From the sequence record OL964748.1: a stretch of DNA of 37,088 bases. One strand, given 5' to 3'. Every line of letters begins with the position of its first letter. Position 1 is the first letter of the stretch. Positions 30,801-37,088 of this stretch are shown here, piece by piece. The DNA is from Escherichia phage T7. The translations under genes were made by a program, and so were the position numbers. The notes beneath the pieces were generated by a model, which was given only the letters and a program-made list of their open reading frames with translations, made no database searches and was not told the DNA's origin.

Positions 30801-31811
30801 TCTCCGTGGACTAAGCTACTGGACGGAACCACTAACTACCTTCTGGATGCTGCGCGTCAAGGTATGCTTGGGGATGTTATTAGTGCCACCCTAACAGGTA
30901 AGACTACCCGCTGGGAGAAAGAAGGCTTCCTTCGTGGTGCCTCCGTAACTCCTGAGCAGATGGCTGGCATCAAGTCTCTCATCAAGGAACATATGGTACG
31001 CGGTGAGGACGGGAAGTTTACCGTTAAGGACAAGCAAGCGTTCTCTATGGACCCACGGGCTATGGACTTATGGAGACTGGCTGACAAGGTAGCTGATGAG
31101 GCAATGCTGCGTCCACATAAGGTGTCCTTACAGGATTCCCATGCGTTCGGAGCACTAGGTAAGATGGTTATGCAGTTTAAGTCTTTCACTATCAAGTCCC
31201 TTAACTCTAAGTTCCTGCGAACCTTCTATGATGGATACAAGAACAACCGAGCGATTGACGCTGCGCTGAGCATCATCACCTCTATGGGTCTCGCTGGTGG
31301 TTTCTATGCTATGGCTGCACACGTCAGAGCATACGCTCTGCCTAAGGAGAAACGTAAGGAGTACTTGGAGCGTGCACTGGACCCAACCATGATTGCCCAC
31401 GCTGCGTTATCTCGTAGTTCTCAATTGGGTGTTCCTTTGGCTATGGTTGACCTAGTTGGTGGTGTTTTAGGGTTCGAGTCCTCCAAGATGGCTCGCTCTA
31501 CGATTCTACCTAAGGACACCGTGAAGGAACGTGACCCAAACAAACCGTACACCTCTAGAGAGGTAATGGGCGCTATGGGTTCAAACCTTCTGGAACAGAT
31601 GCCTTCGGCTGGCTTTGTGGCTAACGTAGGGGCTACCTTAATGAATGCTGCTGGCGTGGTCAACTCACCTAATAAAGCAACCGAGCAGGACTTCATGACT
31701 GGTCTTATGAACTCCACAAAAGAGTTAGTACCGAACGACCCATTGACTCAACAGCTTGTGTTGAAGATTTATGAGGCGAACGGTGTTAACTTGAGGGAGC
31801 GTAGGAAATAA
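27855..31811 (+). CDS. 16: Internal core protein D (gene 16) with N-terminal lytic transglycosylase domain
   Basis: 1318-aa ORF; N-terminal region has a transglycosylase-like motif (TESRFVPTAKSKTGPLGMMQF). Confidence 0.95.
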   Translation: MDKYDKNVPSDYDGLFQKAADANGVSYDLLRKVAWTESRFVPTAKSKTGPLGMMQFTKATAKALGLRVTDGPDDDRLNPELAINAAAKQLAGLVGKFDGDELKAALAYNQGEGRLGNPQLEAYSKGDFASISEEGRNYMRNLLDVAKSPMAGQLETFGGITPKGKGIPAEVGLAGIGHKQKVTQELPESTSFDVKGIEQEATAKPFAKDFWETHGETLDEYNSRSTFFGFKNAAEAELSNSVAGMAFRAGRLDNGFDVFKDTITPTRWNSHIWTPEELEKIRTEVKNPAYINVVTGGSPENLDDLIKLANENFENDSRAAEAGLGAKLSAGIIGAGVDPLSYVPMVGVTGKGFKLINKALVVGAESAALNVASEGLRTSVAGGDADYAGAALGGFVFGAGMSAISDAVAAGLKRSKPEAEFDNEFIGPMMRLEARETARNANSADLSRMNTENMKFEGEHNGVPYEDLPTERGAVVLHDGSVLSASNPINPKTLKEFSEVDPEKAARGIKLAGFTEIGLKTLGSDDADIRRVAIDLVRSPTGMQSGASGKFGATASDIHERLHGTDQRTYNDLYKAMSDAMKDPEFSTGGAKMSREETRYTIYRRAALAIERPELQKALTPSERIVMDIIKRHFDTKRELMENPAIFGNTKAVSIFPESRHKGTYVPHVYDRHAKALMIQRYGAEGLQEGIARSWMNSYVSRPEVKARVDEMLKELHGVKEVTPEMVEKYAMDKAYGISHSDQFTNSSIIEENIEGLVGIENNSFLEARNLFDSDLSITMPDGQQFSVNDLRDFDMFRIMPAYDRRVNSDIAIMGSTGKTTKELKDEILALKAKAEGDGKKTGEVHALMDTVKILTGRARRNQDTVWETSLRAINDLGFFAKNAYMGAQNITEIAGMIVTGNVRALGHGIPILRDTLYKSKPVSAKELKELHASLFGKEVDQLIRPKRADIVQRLREATDTGPAVANIVGTLKYSTQELAARSPWTKLLDGTTNYLLDAARQGMLGDVISATLTGKTTRWEKEGFLRGASVTPEQMAGIKSLIKEHMVRGEDGKFTVKDKQAFSMDPRAMDLWRLADKVADEAMLRPHKVSLQDSHAFGALGKMVMQFKSFTIKSLNSKFLRTFYDGYKNNRAIDAALSIITSMGLAGGFYAMAAHVRAYALPKEKRKEYLERALDPTMIAHAALSRSSQLGVPLAMVDLVGGVLGFESSKMARSTILPKDTVKERDPNKPYTSREVMGAMGSNLLEQMPSAGFVANVGATLMNAAGVVNSPNKATEQDFMTGLMNSTKELVPNDPLTQQLVLKIYEANGVNLRERRK

Positions 31812-31831
31812 TACGACTCACTATAGGGAGA
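31809..31831 (+). promoter_or_regulatory. T7 promoter phi17
   Basis: taatacgactcactatagggaga. Confidence 0.9.
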
Positions 31832-31883
31832 GGCGAAATAATCTTCTCCCTGTAGTCTCTTAGATTTACTTTAAGGAGGTCAA

Positions 31884-33545
31884 ATGGCTAACGTAATTAA
31901 AACCGTTTTGACTTACCAGTTAGATGGCTCCAATCGTGATTTTAATATCCCGTTTGAGTATCTAGCCCGTAAGTTCGTAGTGGTAACTCTTATTGGTGTA
32001 GACCGAAAGGTCCTTACGATTAATACAGACTATCGCTTTGCTACACGTACTACTATCTCTCTGACAAAGGCTTGGGGTCCAGCCGATGGCTACACGACCA
32101 TCGAGTTACGTCGAGTAACCTCCACTACCGACCGATTGGTTGACTTTACGGATGGTTCAATCCTCCGCGCGTATGACCTTAACGTCGCTCAGATTCAAAC
32201 GATGCACGTAGCGGAAGAGGCCCGTGACCTCACTACGGATACTATCGGTGTCAATAACGATGGTCACTTGGATGCTCGTGGTCGTCGAATTGTGAACCTA
32301 GCGAACGCCGTGGATGACCGCGATGCTGTTCCGTTTGGTCAACTAAAGACCATGGACCAGAACTCATGGCAAGCACGTAATGAAGCCTTACAGTTCCGTA
32401 ATGAGGCTGAGACTTTCAGAAACCAAGCGGAGGGCTTTAAGAACGAGTCCAGTACCAACGCTACGAACACAAAGCAGTGGCGCGATGAGACCAAGGGTTT
32501 CCGAGACGAAGCCAAGCGGTTCGAGAATACGGCTGGTCAATACGCTACATCTGCTGGGAACTCTGCTTCCGCTGCGCATCAATCTGAGGTAAACGCTGAG
32601 AACTCTGCCACAGCATCCGCTAACTCTGCTCATTTGGCAGAACAGCAAGCAGACCGTGCGGAACGTGAGGCAGACAAGCTGGAAAATTACAATGGATTGG
32701 CTGGTGCAATTGATAAGGTAGATGGAACCAATGTGTACTGGAAAGGAAATATTCACGCTAACGGGCGCCTTTACATGACCACAAACGGTTTTGACTGTGG
32801 CCAGTATCAACAGTTCTTTGGTGGTGTCACTAATCGTTACTCTGTCATGGAGTGGGGAGATGAGAACGGATGGCTGATGTATGTTCAACGTAGAGAGTGG
32901 ACAACAGCGATAGGCGGTAACATCCAGTTAGTAGTAAACGGACAGATCATCACCCAAGGTGGAGCCATGACCGGTCAGCTAAAATTGCAGAATGGGCATG
33001 TTCTTCAATTAGAGTCCGCATCCGACAAGGCGCACTATATTCTATCTAAAGATGGTAACAGGAATAACTGGTACATTGGTAGAGGGTCAGATAACAACAA
33101 TGACTGTACCTTCCACTCCTATGTACATGGTACGACCTTAACACTCAAGCAGGACTATGCAGTAGTTAACAAACACTTCCACGTAGGTCAGGCCGTTGTG
33201 GCCACTGATGGTAATATTCAAGGTACTAAGTGGGGAGGTAAATGGCTGGATGCTTACCTACGTGACAGCTTCGTTGCGAAGTCCAAGGCGTGGACTCAGG
33301 TGTGGTCTGGTAGTGCTGGCGGGGGGGTAAGTGTGACTGTTTCACAGGATCTCCGCTTCCGCAATATCTGGATTAAGTGTGCCAACAACTCTTGGAACTT
33401 CTTCCGTACTGGCCCCGATGGAATCTACTTCATAGCCTCTGATGGTGGATGGTTACGATTCCAAATACACTCCAACGGTCTCGGATTCAAGAATATTGCA
33501 GACAGTCGTTCAGTACCTAATGCAATCATGGTGGAGAACGAGTAA
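31884..33545 (+). CDS. 17: Tail fibre protein (gene 17)
   Basis: 553-aa ORF MANVIKTVLTYQLDGSNRDFNIPFEYLARKFVVVTLIG... Confidence 0.95.
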   Translation: MANVIKTVLTYQLDGSNRDFNIPFEYLARKFVVVTLIGVDRKVLTINTDYRFATRTTISLTKAWGPADGYTTIELRRVTSTTDRLVDFTDGSILRAYDLNVAQIQTMHVAEEARDLTTDTIGVNNDGHLDARGRRIVNLANAVDDRDAVPFGQLKTMDQNSWQARNEALQFRNEAETFRNQAEGFKNESSTNATNTKQWRDETKGFRDEAKRFENTAGQYATSAGNSASAAHQSEVNAENSATASANSAHLAEQQADRAEREADKLENYNGLAGAIDKVDGTNVYWKGNIHANGRLYMTTNGFDCGQYQQFFGGVTNRYSVMEWGDENGWLMYVQRREWTTAIGGNIQLVVNGQIITQGGAMTGQLKLQNGHVLQLESASDKAHYILSKDGNRNNWYIGRGSDNNNDCTFHSYVHGTTLTLKQDYAVVNKHFHVGQAVVATDGNIQGTKWGGKWLDAYLRDSFVAKSKAWTQVWSGSAGGGVSVTVSQDLRFRNIWIKCANNSWNFFRTGPDGIYFIASDGGWLRFQIHSNGLGFKNIADSRSVPNAIMVENE

Positions 33546-33603
33546 TTGGTAAATCACAAGGAAAGACGTGTAGTCCACGGATGGACTCTCAAGGAGGTAC
33601 AAG

Positions 33604-33807
33604 GTGCTATCATTAGACTTTAACAACGAATTGATTAAGGCTGCTCCAATTGTTGGGACGGGTGTAGCAGATGTTAGTGCTCGACTGTTCTTTGGGTTAA
33701 GCCTTAACGAATGGTTCTACGTTGCTGCTATCGCCTACACAGTGGTTCAGATTGGTGCCAAGGTAGTCGATAAGATGATTGACTGGAAGAAAGCCAATAA
33801 GGAGTGA
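33604..33807 (+). CDS. 17.5: Holin (gene 17.5)
   Basis: 67-aa ORF with a hydrophobic transmembrane segment (WFYVAAIAYTVVQIGAKVV) and a charged C-terminus. Confidence 0.85.
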   Translation: MLSLDFNNELIKAAPIVGTGVADVSARLFFGLSLNEWFYVAAIAYTVVQIGAKVVDKMIDWKKANKE

Positions 33808-33812
33808 TATGT

Positions 33813-34082
33813 ATGGAAAAGGATAAGAGCCTTATTACATTCTTAGAGATGTTGGACACTGCGATGGCTCAGCGTATGCTTGCGGACCTTTCGGACCATG
33901 AGCGTCGCTCTCCGCAACTCTATAATGCTATTAACAAACTGTTAGACCGCCACAAGTTCCAGATTGGTAAGTTGCAGCCGGATGTTCACATCTTAGGTGG
34001 CCTTGCTGGTGCTCTTGAAGAGTACAAAGAGAAAGTCGGTGATAACGGTCTTACGGATGATGATATTTACACATTACAGTGA
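33813..34082 (+). CDS. 18: Terminase small subunit (gene 18)
   Basis: 89 aa from MEKDKSLITFLEMLDTAMAQRMLADL...; the track ORF starts upstream at 33804. Confidence 0.9.
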   Translation: MEKDKSLITFLEMLDTAMAQRMLADLSDHERRSPQLYNAINKLLDRHKFQIGKLQPDVHILGGLAGALEEYKEKVGDNGLTDDDIYTLQ

Positions 34083-34176
34083 TATACTCAAGGCCACTAC
34101 AGATAGTGGTCTTTATGGATGTCATTGTCTATACGAGATGCTCCTACGTGAAATCTGAAAGTTAACGGGAGGCATT

Positions 34177-34608
34177 ATGCTAGAATTTTTACGTAAGCTA
34201 ATCCCTTGGGTTCTCGCTGGGATGCTATTCGGGTTAGGATGGCATCTAGGGTCAGACTCAATGGACGCTAAATGGAAACAGGAGGTACACAATGAGTACG
34301 TTAAGAGAGTTGAGGCTGCGAAGAGCACTCAAAGAGCAATCGATGCGGTATCTGCTAAGTATCAAGAAGACCTTGCCGCGCTGGAAGGGAGCACTGATAG
34401 GATTATTTCTGATTTGCGTAGCGACAATAAGCGGTTGCGCGTCAGAGTCAAAACTACCGGAACCTCCGATGGTCAGTGTGGATTCGAGCCTGATGGTCGA
34501 GCCGAACTTGACGACCGAGATGCTAAACGTATTCTCGCAGTGACCCAGAAGGGTGACGCATGGATTCGTGCGTTACAGGATACTATTCGTGAACTGCAAC
34601 GTAAGTAG
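34177..34608 (+). CDS. 18.5: gene 18.5 protein (Rz-like inner-membrane spanin)
   Basis: 143-aa ORF with N-terminal transmembrane helix (WVLAGMLFGLGW) and a coiled-coil-like remainder. Confidence 0.85.
   Translation: MLEFLRKLIPWVLAGMLFGLGWHLGSDSMDAKWKQEVHNEYVKRVEAAKSTQRAIDAVSAKYQEDLAALEGSTDRIISDLRSDNKRLRVRVKTTGTSDGQCGFEPDGRAELDDRDAKRILAVTQKGDAWIRALQDTIRELQRK
34292..34543 (+). CDS. 18.7: gene 18.7 protein (Rz1-like outer-membrane lipoprotein spanin, embedded in 18.5 in another frame)
   Basis: 83-aa ORF inside 18.5 with a lipobox-like sequence (ATISGCASES); typical Rz/Rz1 embedded architecture. Confidence 0.7.
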   Translation: MSTLRELRLRRALKEQSMRYLLSIKKTLPRWKGALIGLFLICVATISGCASESKLPEPPMVSVDSSLMVEPNLTTEMLNVFSQ

Positions 34609-34629
34609 GAAATCAAGTAAGGAGGCAAT

Positions 34630-36390
34630 GTGTCTACTCAATCCAATCGTAATGCGCTCGTAGTGGCGCAACTGAAAGGAGACTTCGTGGCGTTCCTATT
34701 CGTCTTATGGAAGGCGCTAAACCTACCGGTGCCCACTAAGTGTCAGATTGACATGGCTAAGGTGCTGGCGAATGGAGACAACAAGAAGTTCATCTTACAG
34801 GCTTTCCGTGGTATCGGTAAGTCGTTCATCACATGTGCGTTCGTTGTGTGGTCCTTATGGAGAGACCCTCAGTTGAAGATACTTATCGTATCAGCCTCTA
34901 AGGAGCGTGCAGACGCTAACTCCATCTTTATTAAGAACATCATTGACCTGCTGCCATTCCTATCTGAGTTAAAGCCAAGACCCGGACAGCGTGACTCGGT
35001 AATCAGCTTTGATGTAGGCCCAGCCAATCCTGACCACTCTCCTAGTGTGAAATCAGTAGGTATCACTGGTCAGTTAACTGGTAGCCGTGCTGACATTATC
35101 ATTGCGGATGACGTTGAGATTCCGTCTAACAGCGCAACTATGGGTGCCCGTGAGAAGCTATGGACTCTGGTTCAGGAGTTCGCTGCGTTACTTAAACCGC
35201 TGCCTTCCTCTCGCGTTATCTACCTTGGTACACCTCAGACAGAGATGACTCTCTATAAGGAACTTGAGGATAACCGTGGGTACACAACCATTATCTGGCC
35301 TGCTCTGTACCCAAGGACACGTGAAGAGAACCTCTATTACTCACAGCGTCTTGCTCCTATGTTACGCGCTGAGTACGATGAGAACCCTGAGGCACTTGCT
35401 GGGACTCCAACAGACCCAGTGCGCTTTGACCGTGATGACCTGCGCGAGCGTGAGTTGGAATACGGTAAGGCTGGCTTTACGCTACAGTTCATGCTTAACC
35501 CTAACCTTAGTGATGCCGAGAAGTACCCGCTGAGGCTTCGTGACGCTATCGTAGCGGCCTTAGACTTAGAGAAGGCCCCAATGCATTACCAGTGGCTTCC
35601 GAACCGTCAGAACATCATTGAGGACCTTCCTAACGTTGGCCTTAAGGGTGATGACCTGCATACGTACCACGATTGTTCCAACAACTCAGGTCAGTACCAA
35701 CAGAAGATTCTGGTCATTGACCCTAGTGGTCGCGGTAAGGACGAAACAGGTTACGCTGTGCTGTACACACTGAACGGTTACATCTACCTTATGGAAGCTG
35801 GAGGTTTCCGTGATGGCTACTCCGATAAGACCCTTGAGTTACTCGCTAAGAAGGCAAAGCAATGGGGAGTCCAGACGGTTGTCTACGAGAGTAACTTCGG
35901 TGACGGTATGTTCGGTAAGGTATTCAGTCCTATCCTTCTTAAACACCACAACTGTGCGATGGAAGAGATTCGTGCCCGTGGTATGAAAGAGATGCGTATT
36001 TGCGATACCCTTGAGCCAGTCATGCAGACTCACCGCCTTGTAATTCGTGATGAGGTCATTAGGGCCGACTACCAGTCCGCTCGTGACGTAGACGGTAAGC
36101 ATGACGTTAAGTACTCGTTGTTCTACCAGATGACCCGTATCACTCGTGAGAAAGGCGCTCTGGCTCATGATGACCGCTTGGATGCCCTTGCGTTAGGCAT
36201 TGAGTATCTCCGTGAGTCCATGCAGTTGGATTCCGTTAAGGTCGAGGGTGAAGTACTTGCTGACTTCCTTGAGGAACACATGATGCGTCCTACGGTTGCT
36301 GCTACGCATATCATTGAGATGTCTGTGGGAGGAGTTGATGTGTACTCTGAGGACGATGAGGGTTACGGTACGTCTTTCATTGAGTGGTGA
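34630..36390 (+). CDS. 19: Terminase large subunit / DNA maturase (gene 19)
   Basis: 586-aa [27 protein letters not shown]... with Walker-A-like AFRGIGKSF; start appears to be GTG at 34630. Confidence 0.93.
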
Positions 36391-36471
36391 TTTATGCATT
36401 AGGACTGCATAGGGATGCACTATAGACCACGGATGGTCAGTTCTTTAAGTTACTGAAAAGACACGATAAAT

Positions 36472-36494
36472 TAATACGACTCACTATAGGGAGA
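36472..36494 (+). promoter_or_regulatory. T7 promoter phiOR
   Basis: taatacgactcactatagggaga. Confidence 0.9.
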
Positions 36495-36648
36495 GGAGGG
36501 ACGAAAGGTTACTATATAGATACTGAATGAATACTTATAGAGTGCATAAAGTATGCATAATGGTGTACCTAGAGTGACCTCTAAGAATGGTGATTATATT
36601 GTATTAGTATCACCTTAACTTAAGGACCAACATAAAGGGAGGAGACTC

Positions 36649-36798
36649 ATGTTCCGCTTATTGTTGAACCTACTGCGGCATAGAGTCACCTACCGATTTC
36701 TTGTGGTACTTTGTGCTGCCCTTGGGTACGCATCTCTTACTGGAGACCTCAGTTCACTGGAGTCTGTCGTTTGCTCTATACTCACTTGTAGCGATTAG
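36649..36798 (+). CDS. 19.5: gene 19.5 protein (49 aa)
   Basis: MFRLLLNLLRHRVTYRFLVVLCAALGYASLTGDLSSLESVVCSILTCSD; hand-translated. Confidence 0.7.
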   Translation: MFRLLLNLLRHRVTYRFLVVLCAALGYASLTGDLSSLESVVCSILTCSD

Positions 36799-36937
36799 GG
36801 TCTTCCTGACCGACTGATGGCTCATCTATACCTAAAGATAGGCCATCCTATCAGTGTCACCTAAAGAGGGTCTTAGAGAGGGCCTATGGAGTTCCTATAG
36901 GGTCCTTTAAAATATACCATAAAAATCTGAGTGACTA
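36799..36937. repeat. Right-end non-coding region with CCTAAAG-type short repeats, before the right terminal repeat (packaging-signal region)
   Basis: cctaaag motifs visible directly; region is ~100 bp shorter than I expect for T7. Confidence 0.6.
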
Positions 36938-37088
36938 TCTCACAGTGTACGGACCTAAAGTTCCCCCATAGGGGTACCTAAAGCCCAGCCAATCACCTAA
37001 AGTCAATGACCTTGAGGGTTCCCTAAGGGTTGGGGATGACCCTTGGGTTTGTCTTTGGGTGTTACCTTGAGTGTCTCTCTGTGTCCCT
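36938..37088. repeat. Right terminal direct repeat
   Basis: Identical to 1..151. Confidence 0.95.

Overview
This window is an essentially complete, collinear bacteriophage T7 genome (Escherichia phage T7, Autographiviridae), about 2.85 kb shorter than the ~39.9 kb reference. It runs from a 151-bp left terminal repeat (1..151) to an identical right copy (36938..37088), with every recognisable gene on the + strand in canonical T7 order. I found no foreign insertion and no novel defence, anti-defence or mobile system; everything recognisable is T7. The unusual feature is a set of deletions and rearrangements relative to wild-type T7, all within the non-essential gene set. All comparisons to wild type (gene coordinates and wild-type sequence at junctions) are from my memory of the T7 reference (NC_001604), not from a computed alignment, so sizes and junctions need confirming. 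The offset to reference grows stepwise as follows: (1) +42 bp from a 21-bp tandem triplication abutting phiOL, and about -9 bp in each terminal repeat; (2) -104 bp removing E. coli promoter A2 between 9-bp direct repeats; (3) -1480 bp in-frame fusion of ocr codons 1-111 to the last 120 codons of gene 0.7, removing 0.4-0.6 and the kinase domain; (4) -75 bp collapsing phi1.1A and phi1.1B into one hybrid promoter, removing RNase III site R1.1; (5) -156 bp removing gene 1.4 from start to stop codon; (6) -100 bp at the 1.6/1.7 junction; (7) -277 bp removing the start and most of gene 3.8; (8) -100 bp removing the 5' part of gene 4.3; (9) -100 bp inside gene 4.7; (10) -12 bp in gene 7.3; (11) -369 bp removing gene 7.7 from its start codon; (12) about -100 bp between gene 19.5 and the right terminal repeat. 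The mix of repeat-mediated deletions, start-codon-precise ORF deletions and four deletions of ~100 bp suggests an evolved and/or engineered genome-reduced T7 derivative. T7 RNA polymerase also appears to carry two substitutions (P100Q, Q184R) relative to the sequence I recall.
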